DNA from: Fimicolochytrium jonesii
Taxonomy: Eukaryota
Assembly: GCF_025526975.1 (NCBI RefSeq)
Contig: NW_026515678.1
Span: forward strand, 310,001 to 374,000
DNA: 64,000 bases
Direction of reading: 5' to 3'
Shown: one piece after another, positions 35,276-49,992 of the stretch
How the letters are laid out: every line of letters starts with the position of its first letter
How positions within the stretch are numbered: the first letter of the stretch is position 1
Notes under the pieces: generated by a model
What the model was told of the DNA's origin: nothing
Seen by the model: the letters and a program-made list of their open reading frames with translations, nothing else
Databases searched by the model: none
Translations under genes and position numbers: made by a program

Positions 35276-36717
35276 CTAATTCTCGGCCTTATCCCACTTC
35301 CTCGGGTCATACCCCGGATTGCTCTGCAGCCTCAACGCCTTTGGCAGCAGTGGGTGTTCGGCGATACTCTCCCAGCTCACGTACTTGAACGTCGTCTCCG
35401 GGTTCGGATCCTCCGCCGTCGGGTCCCTATGATCATCATGCACGACCAACAACCCCTTCCCAAAGCTCCCCATCCCCGTCGCCTGCACATGCAACCCATC
35501 CGTCTCCGTAACCTCATCAATCCCCTTGGCGGGGTCCGCGACGATGCTGAACGTGAACAGGTAGACGGGGACGGCGGCGCGGGTGTACACGGCGTACGCG
35601 TTGACGCCTTGCAAGGAGACGAGGATGTAGCCCGAGCCGCGCTTGCCGTGGAAGAGGGTGACGCCTTCGACGTCGCGGTACATGTGTCCGCCGTTCGTTG
35701 TGAGGGTGTCGACGAGGTAGGGGGTGGGTGGTGAGGTGGGTTCAGCGGGGAAGCGCCAGAGGCCGTGGGATTCTTCGGAGGCGTAGAGGTGCCCGTGGAG
35801 GGAGTCGGTGACGCAGCCTTCGACTTGGCCGCCGGTGCCGACGTTGAAGCGGCGGACGAGTGTGGTGCGGAGGGTTGGGGTGGATTTTGGGTGCTTTTGC
35901 CTGGGGCCGGGGGAAGTTAGGTTGGCGTTGCAGTTGTTGAGGGCGTCGTTGCTGGATAGGATCTCGTATTGAAGGTACTCTGACGTCTTGGAATTGACGA
36001 AAACGTAGCTGAAAGGTAGATGTTTAGCAACCCGACATTTGAACAAATCACGTCGGGACTCTCGCAAGTTACTCACGATTTGCGGGTCTGGGGTGACTGA
36101 TACACGCACGATCCATAGACTTCAAACCCAGGCTCGACGGGCTGGACACCGCCGTCGATAGCGTTGAGCTTTCCGTCTTCGATCTGGAAGAAGCAGAGCG
36201 TGTCGTCGGTGCGACAGGCGGTGACAGCCAAATCGACCTTCTTCTTGCCAAAGCGGACGTCGTAGAGTATATCCACCTGAGATGAGAAAAGGTGTTGGGA
36301 TTGAAATTGAGCACTAGACCCTCGCGAAAATCGAAATGGCGCATCCACGGCACGGATCCATCTCCCAACCCCACAAATCTGGCTCCACACACTCACATTA
36401 TCCGGCTTCCCCGCCTCCACAAACTGCTTCTGTTTTCCCTCCAAATCAAACACAAACAACCCCTGCTTCCCCTTCTTATTCGTCGTAATCACCACCGAGT
36501 CCCTCGCATGCCTATCCGACACCCACACCGTAGGGTCGTCGCCATCCGCGCCCGCGGGGCCTGTCTGCAGGGTGGGTTTGACCGCGTAGAAGGTGCAGTT
36601 GGGGCCGGTTAGGCCTGTAGGACACGTGGTGTTGAGGGATGAGGGTAGGATGGGGGAGGCGAGGACTGCCGCATTGCTGGCGAGGAGCAGGAAGGCGGTG
36701 AGGCGGGTGGAGTGCAT
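35276..36717 (-). CDS. Secreted beta-propeller 3-phytase (spliced)
   Basis: Signal peptide, DGDDPTVW, GLFVFDLEGK, QVEGCVTD, DVEGVTL, VSLQG, ETDGL, LVVHDD, FKYVSW. Confidence 0.9.
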
Positions 36718-37940
36718 GATGTGCAAGCTTCGGACGATCGGAGAAAGTCTGGCCCACTTTTGGTTGGATCACTCTTGTCTGAGCAAACTGGAAGGTCGAC
36801 CATCGACCCCACCCTTTTTATGGGATTTCCATCATGCGCGCATTTCGTTCCCCTTCTGTCTAGTCCCCCCAATGACGAGTCTCTCTGACGGAAGTGCTTC
36901 CGAGAAACAAAAACCTCGTAAGCCGGCACGAGCCGTAACACCATCAACGTACCCATCGGAATGCCTCCCCCGCGCAACATGAGAACTCGTTATATATACA
37001 GTACAGCTGTGCAACGGACGTTTGGTGGTAAGCTTTCAAGCGTACGACGGCCAACGTGGTTGTGGAGGTTAACGGGGTGTTGAGAGTTGAGAAAAACGTG
37101 CGCCCTTCCTGGCCTGCCGACGAGGAACGGGGATTCCGGCCGACGCGTGCGCGACGCGTTTTGGTGGGAGGCTTGTGTGGACTTGCAAACACAACCCTCT
37201 CTCAGCCCGATCAGAAACGTGCGAGACGCCATATCATTGCCATGCAGGTTCATCTTCCATTTGTTCATGTGAGTTGGTGGTCCGAGTCGGTCGGGGTTTT
37301 CGCTTTTTTCGCTGTCGTGCTTTCGTAATCATCCCTTCACCATCAACGCGTCGCACACCCGCAAAGTCTCGAAAGTCAGATCTCCTGCACAGGACATCAT
37401 CCTTCAATCTTGTACCGTTGGTTGCCCCAATTTCACCGAGGGATATGATCGGCTATTTCCCCCTGTCGCTCTCCTGCAGGAGATTTGTATAAACCTCGAG
37501 GGATGAGACCGCTGATCTATGCCAGTTCTCCTCTGTTCGATGCGTGTATGTATATGTGTCTGGCATGCATCAGCCAACACGACACGACACGACACAGCTC
37601 TCTTCCCTCCTGCCAATCTCTCACTTTCAACATTCGCACCTCGCAACCCCATCGATCGACACTGCCTCCGTTAACTCCAACCGGGCCCTTCTCTCATGCA
37701 CAATCGTAACAAGCGTAACCGCCACAAACCAGGGTGAAAAGAAATGACTATTACGCTATCCAAGAACAGCAGAAGGTATACATATGGGGGGGAATTCATA
37801 CACGATGAAGGGAAGGGGACGAAGAGGATATGGGTAGGTTCCCGGGGGTAGTTACATACAGTACATATACAAGGAGGGGGAAAGTGTACGCAGCACAAAG
37901 GGGGGATGTATGGGGGGGGGGGGGGGGGGGGTCGACTACA

Positions 37941-40380
37941 TTAATACGGCGAGTTAACAATACTCAACCTGCTCTTGAGGAGCTTTGCGGGTGTCGACAA
38001 TGTTTTCTGCAAAAGCAAAAAAAAATCATCAAGACTCGTCCGACATGCCCCACACAGATCCGGCCAGAAACCGCCCACATACCTTCGTAATCATCTCCAC
38101 CTCGCTGGGCAACGCGACAATCATCGCGCGATCCTCCCCATACTTAAAATTATCCGCCACAACCGTATCCTTATACTGCTTGATCGTATAATCATACAGA
38201 TGGCCGGCCTTCACCCTCCTGAAGTTCCATCGGATCACATTGGGTCCACTCGAGGTGATGATCGCCAACTCCTCGCTCTCGCCCGTGCTAAACCGCGCGG
38301 GTGTGAATTGCACGGCACCGCCGAGCCAGGTGACGTGTTCCGGTTTGAGTTGGAGGCGCTTGAGTTGGGGTTTATGCGCGCCCATGGATTTTTGGAAGCC
38401 GAGGGTTCCGCCGGCCATTTCCGAGTTGATGAGGAGGAGGTGCGTGCGGCAGGTGGCGATGATCCATTTTCCGTTCTCGGTGGTGTCGATGCCGATGATG
38501 GCGTCGCCGGTTCCGGGGAGGTGGGTTTTGGCGCGCATGTTGAGTTTGTTGTAGAGTCTGATCTCGCCTTTTGCTGAAGCGACCGCTAGTTCGCCTTTGC
38601 CCGTCGTCGCGGCGCATGTGAAGGCGTTCTTTGTCGCGTATTGGTTGGACTCGGATTCAACCAACTTATTACCCTGCAAACGCGGGTCGATGCGGAAGAT
38701 CGAGTTGTGTCCAATGCCGACGAGCGTCTGGTTGGTCGTCAACTGCGAGTACTTCTGATCGGGGACGAAATCCTCCACTTTACGTTCATCATCGACCTTC
38801 CACTCCTCCACGACTTTGCCCGCCTCCAGATCCATCTTGTACAGCTTGTTCTCGTCGCCCGGTTTCATCATCACCATCGCCGCGTCCTGCTGGTGCAGCA
38901 TCACTTTACGGGGTGAGAACATCTGTCCGTCGAGGGTGCGCACGTTGTTGATGGCCGTGGCGAATTCGAGCCCGTCGTCCGCGGTGTGCTTGAACACGCC
39001 GATCTTGTCCCCGCGGACGACGAAGGAGCGGTCGTGGCGGTAACCCACCGCAAGCTGGCTGTTCTTGCTCCCTGTCGTGGCTTCCTTGTATGATCTCTGG
39101 CCGGACTCGTCGTCAGAGGCTTCATCGTCGTCATCATCGCGTGACGAGTGCAATTTGGCGGGAGCGGTCTCCTCTTCTTCCCACTCTTCATCCTCCCCCT
39201 CATCACCCTGCAACTCCTCCCGCTCATCAATCTCCATCGGATCATCGTCGTACAACTGCATCAAATACACCTGCTCATCCTTCTTCATCTTCCTAAACAG
39301 CTCCTTGTTCTTGACTTCGTACACGCACTCCGTAACCATCTCCTTGAACTCGCCCTCATTCGCCACCGTCGCAAACTTCAACGACCACGTGTAGATCGGC
39401 ACGCCGGTCGTTTCATCCAAATAATTGAAGATGAACGTATGGTGCTCCGCGTTGAAGGTGGGCGACATGCCTTCCTCGATGGGCTGGCAGAGATAGACGT
39501 GGTCGCCGGATTTGACAACCAGCTGGAATTTCCACTCGCCGATCTCGGTGATTTCCGCGATGGCTTGGTCATTCACTAGCATGAACTGCTGTACGCGGAG
39601 ATCGTAGAGGTAGAGTTGCACGGGGACGGATAGGAGTTCTTCGCCTTTGGGGATGGATGCGAGCGTGCGCGCGGGGGATTTACCGTTCCTGAATTGGGGG
39701 GTGCTGGGCGATTGTGCGGCGGGGGTGGGAGTGGTGGGGACAGACCTTTTGGAGGTGGATTGTGGGGTATGCAGTGAGGAGCCCGCCACCGAAGATCCTG
39801 CGGGCCTAACTGGCGTCTTCGCAGCGGCCCTCCCCACCACCTTCTCCCTCGCATCCCTCTTTATCCTCTCCACAAACTCCGCCAGCTGCTGATCACTAAA
39901 TTTCCCATGATCAGCCCCCATTGCTCTCTCAAACATGCACGTATAGGCCGTATCCTCAAACAAGCTCATCGTCAACTCCTGCACCCCTTCATCAATCACA
40001 AACTCCCACCCCTTGGCCCCACTAAAATCCTGCGGGTCCGCCCAGAAAAACGAGTGCGAGCCGCCTTTTGTTCGGACCCGGTTGAACCGGAGTTGGGCGT
40101 CCAACAAGAACGTCTTTTCATCATCTTCATTCAGCTCTTTCTCGTCGTCGTCATCATCGTCGACTTCGTCTTCATCGTAAACGCGGGTGACGACGAGCTG
40201 GAAATTGTGGAGGGTGGCGGTGCGACGGATACTGGCTGCGGCGTCGCGGAAGATGAGGGTGCGTGCGCTGTTTAGGGAAAGGGAGTAGAGCTGGCCGGAG
40301 GGAATCTCGACGAGGGTGGAGGAGGAGGTGGATTGGCCGCCGAAGACGAGGGAGTTGAGGTTGCGGAAGAGGAAGTTCAT
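37941..40380 (-). CDS. VID27: Vacuolar import and degradation protein Vid27
   Basis: NSQLAVGYRHDRSFVVRG, LYKMDLEAGKVVEEW, FRIDPRL, GEIRLY, RAKT, RLQLKPEH, ADNFKYG; short last exon ..IVNSPY*. Confidence 0.93.
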
Positions 40381-40811
40381 TGTGATTTCGGCCGTGATTG
40401 TAGATAGGGCAGGTGTGCTTTCTTTCGCTCTAGATTAACGTAACGGAAGATCCTCGTAGGCACAGCAGTCGCCCACGTAGATCGGGAAGGACGAGAGAAC
40501 GAGAACTAGAGAGCTCCAGACTATAGTATACAGAGAGTAACAGCCAGGTGCTTGTGCGTCTGTGCTGCGAAAGTTGAGTTCTGGGAGAGGGGGAGGTGGT
40601 GAGTGTTCTTGGCAGGCGGGCTGTCCGAAGTCCATCGAGTCCCGTCGGAGGTGTCACACTCCGCCGTCCCACAGACAACCCTTCCGCAAACAAGCTTTTT
40701 GGGCAGGGTCTCTCCACCCACACTCCGCTCTCTCTTCACCCCCTCCCACTACCAGCACCACCACCTCGCCCCGCCCCTCCTTCTCCTGCGAGCTCGCTAT
40801 CGCGAACCGAA

Positions 40812-41348
40812 ATGTCCAACCCCCGCGTCTCCGCCCTCGCGTCCGAAGAACGCCCCTACGACGACTCAAAAAGCCCCACTCGCTCAAAATTAGTCCGCTA
40901 TGCTGAATCAGCTACCTGGATAGTTATCGCTCTCGCCTCTGGTTACTTTGCCAACCTAGCCGACGCATTACAGAATTACGGCTATGGGTAAGGAGTTCGT
41001 CCTTTTTCCGCGTGCACACCTCGGGTCTCGCAGTCTGCACACGTTATATCTAACCGTGCCCCCCTCCAACCCCATAGACTCCCATTCTACCTCCTCTTCA
41101 CCTCCCTGGCGGGCTTCATCATCATCTTCATCTACCTGCAATTCTACGTGCCCATGAAAACGGGTTCACGCGTGGATCTATCGAAATGGGAAACACAGGC
41201 TCGACTACCTGTTCAGATTGCGACCGCGTTTGGAACCCTGTCGATGTTGTCGTCGTGTTGGATGTTGTGGCCGGCGTACGGGTTTCTGAGCCCGCCGTTG
41301 GTGTTTGTGCTGTTTATGGGTGGGTTAAGCTTTATTGGATTATTCTGA
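40812..41348 (+). CDS. Small multi-pass membrane protein, TMEM128-like
   Basis: Two exons; IFIYLQFYVP..WE..PVQIATA..LWPAYGFLSPPLVFVLFMG pattern. Confidence 0.65.
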
Positions 41349-42267
41349 GGGGGGCGATGAACGGATGATGAGCAAGAGGGAGGTTCAACATTAGGGTGTG
41401 AGGAAGATGGAAAATGGTTAATGAAGCGCCTAATGGACGGGAGGAAAGCGGCGATTGGGCAAGATGTGACCCGCCGACCGCATAGAGCATTTGTTCTATG
41501 AGGCGAGGGGCAAGGATCCGAGCAACATCGACAGTGGGCGAGCGTGGAGGGAGCATTGAATTAATGGGTCGGTTGCCGTACGGGATCCATGGCGAGCTTT
41601 GTTCGCAGGGAGGGGTATTTATCGACTTCAATTCAGTTTGCTATGCAAGCTTTTGTACATAACATAGAGCTGATGCCATTACAGCACATATACTTATGCA
41701 TCCCATGCACTCTCTCTGCGGTCGTTTCCGCCGTCGACGTCCGGACCGTATGGGGCGTCACGGCGGACGGTTTACGTACGGAGGGGGGGGGGGGGGGGGG
41801 GGGGGGACCCGACGGTCAGAGGCAGGGTCAGAGGGAAGGGGGAACACTCCTCTCACGCGTCAGTCTGCGCGTCGCTTCCGTGTGCGGCGCCGTGGGAACT
41901 GGACCTTACGACGGCTTGGCATCCGCATCCACAGCGGCATCCTCCCCGCATAGACAAATAGCTCCGGGCTCCACATGCTGCGGCGGCATACCAACACCTA
42001 GTCTCCCTCCCTCGCTCTCTCCCAGCAAGTACCTAACTTATTACGGCCGCTTAGAGCATTCCCTCGTCGGCATCGCTTCCTGCCCTCGTTAGAACCGACG
42101 ACTTTACAACACCAACGTCTGCCGTCCTCATTACTTCGCTTTGCCGGCGACGTATCTAGTATCTGAAAACAAAACCCCCGACAAACCGGGACGAGCGGAC
42201 TCGAAAGTCGAGCATCCGAGTTAAAATTCTAGCGGAAAACCCCGTTCCAACCCGCCGCAGCCTCGCC

Positions 42268-45200
42268 ATGCCCCGAAAGCTGCATGCGATCTTGGCCTCA
42301 ACCCTCGCCTCCGTCCTCCTCTTGACCCCAACAACCGTCATCTCCTCCTTCCCCCGCGACTTTGGTCCCGCAATACCGCCAAACGACCACGTCAATTTCC
42401 ATTACTTTGCCGTCAAACTCGACCCGCCGCCGCCGCATGTTTCCTCCGCCGCAGCAGCCCTCGACGATGACTATTACCAAACCCTCGCAAAGGACATCGG
42501 CACCACCCTCGGCGTGCATACACTCGGCCGCGTCGGCCAACTGCAAAACTACTACCTTTACGCAGCATCGAAAGACCAGACACTGTTCGGGCGGTCCCAA
42601 GAGCAGGTGGAGGCTGAGCGGACCCACCACGAAAAGCGGTTCGCATCAAAGCCCAACGTAGCATGGGTAAAGACGCAGATCCCGCAGCGGAGATTGTTCG
42701 CGCGCGCACCGACGCCCGCGCCGCAGAATGAACGCGGGCGGCCGTTTCGGTTGGGCGAGATTATGAAGGAGCTGGGGATTGAGGATCCGGGGTTTCAGAA
42801 TCAGTGGCATTTGGTGAATACGGTGACGATTGGGAATGATATGAATGTTACGGGGGTGTGGCGGCAGGGTACGTCTACCTTCAGCAGGGGGTGAGTTGGG
42901 ATGTACCTAGGAATCCGATTACATTGCTGACTCTGAATATCCTTTCTCAAAAGGTATCACGGGACATAATGCGACGGTGTGTTTTGTTGATGATGGGCTC
43001 GATTATGAGAACGAGGACCTTACAGAGAACTTTGTGAGTGGACTATTGTTCAGCACACCAAACTCAGGGTGGTCGCGGATTAGAGGCATACTGACGAACA
43101 TACCACCTAGTACGCCGAGGGCTCATATGACTACAACACGCACGTAGCATCCCCCAAACCCAAAGAAATGGAAGACCACCACGGCACCCGCTGTGCCGGC
43201 GAAGTAGCCGCTGTAAAGAACAAAGTCTGTGGTGTAGGGGTCGCTTACAACGCCAAAGTCTCAGGTATGTCATCTCGCCAACCCCATCCCACCCCATCCC
43301 AAAACCTCACCCGCCCGCCTTCACCTCCATTGAAAGGCGTCCGGATCCTCGGCGGCGAGCTAACCGAAGCCGACGAAGCGGCCGCCATCAACTTCGACTT
43401 CCACAACAACCACATCTACTCCTGCTCCTGGGGCCCGACCGACGACGGGCGCGCCATGGAAGCGCCGCCGCAAATTGTGTCCGATGCTGTGCGGAATGGG
43501 ATTGATAAGGGGAGGGATGGGCTTGGCTCGATTTTTGTGTTTGCGAGTGGGAATGGGGCGGCGAGTGGGGATCATTGGTGAGTTCGGGGGTTACGAGGGG
43601 AGGGTTGATGGTATGGCGTGGCTGATGTGACTGAGGGCATTTTCTTTTAGTAATGCGGATGGATACACGAACAGCATTTACACCGTTACGGTCGGAGCGC
43701 TGGACCGGAACAACCAGCATCCGATATACTCCGAAGCTTGCAGTGCTGTTATGATCGTCATGTACAGCAGCAGTGGGGCTCACTTGGATGCGATTGTAAG
43801 TAAGGTGAAGCTGGGCGTGTATCAGTGAGACTTCGTGGACTCAATGTGTCGGTCTTGTATTAGTACACCTCCGATTGGAGCTCGCAGGGGTCGCAGTGTA
43901 CGAATGCACATGGAGGCACGTCGGCGGCCGCCCCGTTGGCTTCTGGAGTGTATGCTCTGGTCCTTCAAATACGGTAAAATTCCTCCGTTTCCTATTTCCC
44001 TCCCAACAACGATGCTAACGTATCAGCCCCGCCCCCCCAGCCCGGACCTCACCTGGCGCGATATCCAACACCTAACGGTACGCACCGCCCTCCCCGTCAA
44101 CCGCCAAGACCCCGGCTGGTCCCCCACCGCACAAGGCCGCCCCTTCAATAACAAGTTCGGCTTCGGCAAACTTGACGCCTACACCACCATCGAAGCCGCC
44201 AAAACCTTCCAGAAAGTCAACCCGCAAACCCACCTCACCTCACCCGTCATTATCACCAACGCCGCCATCCCCGGCGACGGCAGTCTGGTGGAGAGCGCCT
44301 TTGAGGTTACGGAGGCCGTGGTGGGGGGTGCCAATATGAAGAGGATTGAGCATGTTACAGTGACGGTAGAGATTGCGCACCCGAGACGGGGGGATGTGGA
44401 GGTGGCGCTTGTGAGCCCGAGGGGTATTGTGAGTGAGTTGTGTGCGGCGCGGCCGAGGGATGCGAAAGGGCTTGGGTTTCGGAATTGGACTTTCATGAGT
44501 GTTAAGCATTGGTATGTGCCCCTTTAAAACACTTGAATGTTTTGACGTGTACCTAACCACTTCGATAATGAAAACAGGGACGAAGACCCCCGCGGCACCT
44601 GGAAGATTCAAATCAAAGACGCCCAACAACAAGGCACGCGGGGCACATTCCACTATTGGTGGATGACCATTTGGGGCGAACAACATTCGGCGTCCGCCTC
44701 CCCAACCCCACCAAATCCCACATCCACCATCATTGCCTCCCCAACATCAACCCCCTTCTCTCCAACCCCAACACACACAACCTCCCTCGGGGCTTCAACC
44801 CTCCCCGCCTCCCCAACCCCAACATCCCCCAACCTCTCCACCCCCCCAGCCGTGCCAGCAACATCATCACCAGGCTACGCGCTAGCATTCGGCTTCTTAA
44901 TCCTTGGCGCGGCAGGCGGCGGGTTTTACGTCATCAGAAGACGAAGGCTCGGCACAATGGGGTTGGGTACAGGTGCCCGGAAGTCTTTCGGAGGAGGGGG
45001 AGGCCCTAGTGTGGACGAGTACGAGTTCCGGATGTTGAGTGATCATGAGGTTGATGCCGCGTTTGAGGATGAGGACGACGCTGGAGTCCAAGTGGGGCTT
45101 GTGGCGGGCAGGCAGGGGAGAGGTGGGGATATGGGCGCGGGTAATGGAGCTGGGAATGGAGGGAGTGGGAGGGGCGGACAGCAGGAACGGTTTGTGTTGG

Positions 45201-45295
45201 AGCATGGGGAGGATGAGGACGCGGAGGCGTTTGAGCGGTATCATGATGATGAGGAGGAGGAGGAGGGCGCGGGGGGGACCAGTTTCCGTGCCTGA
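42268..45295 (+). CDS. KEX2: Kexin / furin-like proprotein convertase (spliced)
   Basis: Signal peptide, [46 protein letters not shown] domain EHVTV..HPRRGD, Ser/Thr stalk, TM helix, acidic tail. Confidence 0.95.
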
Positions 45296-47338
45296 AGGGT
45301 CCGTGCCTGCATCGAAACCGCAAAGTTTTTTTTGGAAATGAACCGCACAGGCCTGAAACTGGGCTCGGCACTCCAGCCTTCTTTGCGCACCTTCGAGCTT
45401 CACGAGGAGTTTTTGCGCGTGTGGGGCTGCGGTTCTGCTATTTACTTAGACGTGTCAACCCCAATGAGCGAGGCGGATTTCTGTGTGTAAATTAAACACT
45501 TCGTTATAAAGTCTTTGATATTCCATTGATGCTTGGATCTGGAGGATGGAGGGTGCCATTGGGGTTCACTATCCTCCGGAAGATACCCATTTTCTGGACG
45601 GGAACGGCGAATTGTTCAATTCGTTGCGAGGGGGACGGCATTCCACAGCAAAACGCACGAATCGAGTTCATTACGCCGATCCGGCTAGCAATTCATCGCT
45701 CGCAAATTTCTGAGCCTGCGATTATCACAACGCTCCTCTCAACGGCAAGCTTCTCTCGGGGGAAGCTCGCCTCTCCTGATGTACACGCGACATTTCCCCC
45801 CTCGTTTCGTCGCGAACCCGTCCCACAAGCAAGGGGATATGCGATGGCGAGGGTTGGGCCGTTGTGGCAGTCCTGGCAGAAAATCTCTATGAATCCGGGT
45901 TTCCTGCCGCCCCTCTCACTCTCTTGCAGGAAGCACATAGAAGACTATTTTCCCCTGGCACGCTCCTGCAGGAGACTGAAAGGAGATCGTCGCTCCACTG
46001 GCATTCTCCTGCAGGAGCTTTCAAGGGGGTTTTGTAAGTCTGATTCAGAGCCGGCTTATCCACGCGTCGGGGGTGTTCGACGCGATGAGCTTACGCGATC
46101 GAAAGCTGTCATTTGGGTATGGCTAGGGAGACGTCTCGTTGGAGGGCTCTGCTGTTAAGTGGAGCAGGTGCTCCTTTGCTGGCATAAGTCTCCAGCGAAG
46201 TTCTGTTCGAAGGTCCATTTCACCCAGGTTACTCAGGTAGTTAACCTGCGAGTTTGCTATGGAATGGATGGGAATGCTTTGAGACAATTCCAGGGGCAGT
46301 CTAGTGCTCACCGTGCAGATTAGGAGCAAAAACACAAAGCCAAGTCCTGCAAGCTACGCAAGCCAAACCAACACTAACGTGCGCCATGAGGATAGACGAA
46401 TGAAGGATTACACTTGGGAATTGCGTGTTGAGAATTGGGCGGCAAGTTCAACATGACTGAGCACAAAGAAGACAACGCACATGCACGCTTGTAGTGTATA
46501 TTGCACGCTGGCTTTCCAACTCTGTCTCATGCCTCTCGTTGTCTGCGTCGCAGGCGGTGGGGCATATCCTCAACTCCATACCCCCAGCATACGGAGAACC
46601 GCGACGGCTTTTACTCATACACGCCGTTCTTCAGCCAAAAGCCATACCATCATACCTTAACGTTTGAAAAAAAAATGATAGGCGTCGGATATGTTGATGA
46701 GAGCTCCCATCTCTTGCACGAACCAGTCCCTGTTTACTCGCATCTCTGATTTACGCATCACCGTCAGGCTTTTGAAAGTCCAGTGTGCTGTAAGTCGTTC
46801 CTGTCATATCTGGATTTCTGGTGTAAATCCGGCACAGTACATCATGCGGGATGTGGATTCGGAGGCAAAGGGACTGGACTTCCTTCGGCTCCCGAAATGT
46901 CATCCGCTATCATACAAAGCGAGGTACCGGAAAGCAAGCCTCCAGAGCCTGAAACAATCCCCTCTTTTGGAGTCGTCGACTGCCCACTTGAGTGTGGCTG
47001 GTGAGGTTGAGAGAACGTTCTCGGGCGCTGCCGGTGTGTATGTTGATGTGCGGTCTTTTGTTGTCAAAGTTCATACGGTATGCAGTTTCCTCCAGGACGG
47101 CAATCAGAGCAAGGCTTCTGCTGTAAAGTTTTCATATCCCATCTCCTCGTTGCCCAACCTTTCTCCAGAGCACAGACATTGGCAGACCTGGTTGTCGCTC
47201 TGGACACCTTTCGCTAACAGCGTTCAGGCATCGCCATTCGGCACATCCGTTCAAGCCCTAAATCCACGGCATAACCCGACAAACCTCCGAAAGTAACGTA
47301 ACAGGATGTTTGAACGGACACCAGGATATCAATTTTAT

Positions 47339-48071
47339 TCAGCAATTGCTGACGGCCTTCGTATTCAAGATCAAGCTGACAATCAGCCCGTACAATCCCA
47401 AAACTTCGGCAAAGATAAGAATCAGCACCATTCCGACAAACAGTTTTGGTTGGTAAAGGTATCCGCGTACTAAACAGACATCCAATAAGCAAAAAGCGAT
47501 GTCAGTCACTTTAAGGGCACATTCGGATATTTTGCAATTATTTCCCCGAGACTTACCGCAAGAGTCTCCCACAATCCCCACAGCATATCCGGCGCTCAAT
47601 CCCGCAAATCCAGTCGATAGCCCAGCTGCCAGGTGGATAAACCCAGCAAAAAGCGAATATTCACTGTCGGGATTCAGACCGTTGCTGACCAGCACCGCTA
47701 CGACTAGACCGTATACTGCTATGATACCTGTAAATGAAAATCATAAACGTTAAGTCCGAGGTTTCGCCCGCTTGTCACACGCTTGCAATACATGCAGATG
47801 ACATACCAGCCATGACCACGGGAATGAGCGCCTTCATCATCCTGCAAAAGATTCCAGCGATATCAGCGCCAGCTATCGGCAGCCCCAAGGTATGAAAGTA
47901 GCTCGCTTGTCAAACTCACAAGTCTGGCCTGAATGTTCCCACGCCAGCAATCCCGATGCCGGCTTTCGCAGTTCCATAAGCGGCGCCGACGGCGGACAGA
48001 ATCATCGCAGTGGCTGCGCCGGCAAAGCCGAAGAAGGGAGCGTAGGCTGGACACGCTTCTGATGTTGCCAT
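47339..48071 (-). CDS. VMA11: V-ATPase proteolipid subunit c' (spliced)
   Basis: [46 protein letters not shown]. Confidence 0.88.
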
Positions 48072-48491
48072 CTTGGCGGATTGGTGTTAGGGGGAAGAGT
48101 CGTTCGCGGAGCAGTGGTTGAGAGGAGTGTGGTGAACCTTCTCCCTCTGACTGAAGTTAGTATGAGATACACCGTATCCGAACTTCGTTTGCAGACCACT
48201 ACAGTACGCAAAGGCAGTGTGTTGGCGGCTGTGTGGTTTATCAGGGTGCCGATGTTGTTCCGTTGCGAAAGCTTCACCGACTGCAGACCGATTGAGAGCC
48301 GACGCTTGACGAATTTGGGAAGTCCTGCTGACGCGCCTTCTGAAGCGTTTGGAGCGGTTGGTCATGCAAGACATTGGCAAGTGCAAACATTCCCACTGAG
48401 CCGCTTGAGCAAACTACCTCAGGAACGGAAACTGAGCCATAACGTCAAAGGGAGAAGCTGCACAGGCGTACAGACGTGCACACGCGGAAAT

Positions 48492-49709
48492 ATGGAGTAC
48501 CAGAAGTTCATGTAGGGGTTGTCGGGCGGGAACCGCACAGCGAAGTCATCTAAAGCATCCGAACTCACACGCTTTCTCCTTAGGGGCCATTATGAAGGAA
48601 AGACCTTCAGAGCCAAAAAGCAGTTCTTCCAAGGAACGAAGCGGGACCAAATACAAAAGTACATTGTGGTAAGTAATGACCAAGCCGCTCTTACTACGCG
48701 GGGAGCTCAAGACTGACTAGGTTTCCCTCGTTATTCCCCAGAAAACGTTAGGTGGAAACGATATATGGGCTGTTGTGGAAGTTCCACCAAATACCAGCCG
48801 TGAGGAGTGGATCGCTGTGAACAGTAGGTGGCAGAAGGGTGACTTTCGGAAGCTGGTGGGAATGTCGCGTTTTCAACCCCTTTCTGCGCTCTGCAGCCGT
48901 GGACTTCTATAACCAAATAAACCTGCTATATGGTTGCATATCGGAGTACTGCACGCGGGAATCGTGTCCGTCGATGACAGCGGGGCCCAGATACGAGGTG
49001 CGTACTTGATGCTGCATATCGGATTCCGAGGAATCGGGCCGCCACGACACCGTCCCGGGATGCTAATCACCTTCGAATGAACATATAGTATCTCTGGGCG
49101 GACGGTATAACGATTTCAAAACCCATCAAATGCTCAGCCTCGGAGTACGTAGAGCATCTATTGGCATGGGTGGACACGTAAGGAAGTCCCAGTCCATCCG
49201 TCGCATCCAAGGACTTTCGCACTTACATCTGGGTACTTTTGTTCTATGCAGTCAACTCGATGATGAGAACACATTCCCACCCACAGACTCCTTCCCACCA
49301 CATTTCATGCCGACCGTGAAGAAGATCTTCCAGCGGCTGTTCCGGTTCTATGCGCATGCATATCACAATCACTTGAAGGTAAATTGAAACGATGTACATC
49401 ACGAACACGCGAACATGAGTTCTGATGAACGCTTTTCTACCCCGCCGACAGCAACTGGAAGAAGTTGGCGAGGACCGTCATCTGAATACATGCTTCAAGC
49501 ACTTCATCCTGTTCGTCACAGAGGTGGGTACTCCACAGATGTTTCCCAGTAACATTTCAAAGTCGGCCCCAGCATGCTAACGGCATTTTCCACTATATAT
49601 ATAGTACGATCTGATAGATTCGAAGGAATTGCAGCCATTACAGTCGATAGCAAATCAGATATTGGAGCAGAATCCGAGACGGCCGGCCGGCACTCTGCAT
49701 GTACAGTAG
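48492..49709 (+). CDS. MOB1: MOB kinase activator (Mob1 family), multi-exon; start approximate
   Basis: KTFRAKK, EYCTRESCPSMTAGP, YLWADG, LDDENTFP, KIFQRLFRFYAHAY, HLNTCFKHFILFV, ELQPL. Confidence 0.8.
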
Positions 49710-49992
49710 TTAGACTCATAGATACCATAGGGTAAACAGTTTTGCTGAACAAGGAAGACGTCAAGACCGGCTTGATCAAGCCTGGGCGTAGTCAGCTTTT
49801 GAGAAGAGCTTAGATACTGTATAGCTTAGACTAAGGGTCGGCGTCCTCATGCGTTTCGCTGGACGCTGCCTTCACTACGCGATACAATATATTTGATTCC
49901 TCATGTCAAAAGCACACGTCAGCAAAGACTTCATCGGGATATCTGGCGCAGAAACACGATTCAGACAAGCCGTTCTCGCGTTCGCCTCACGT

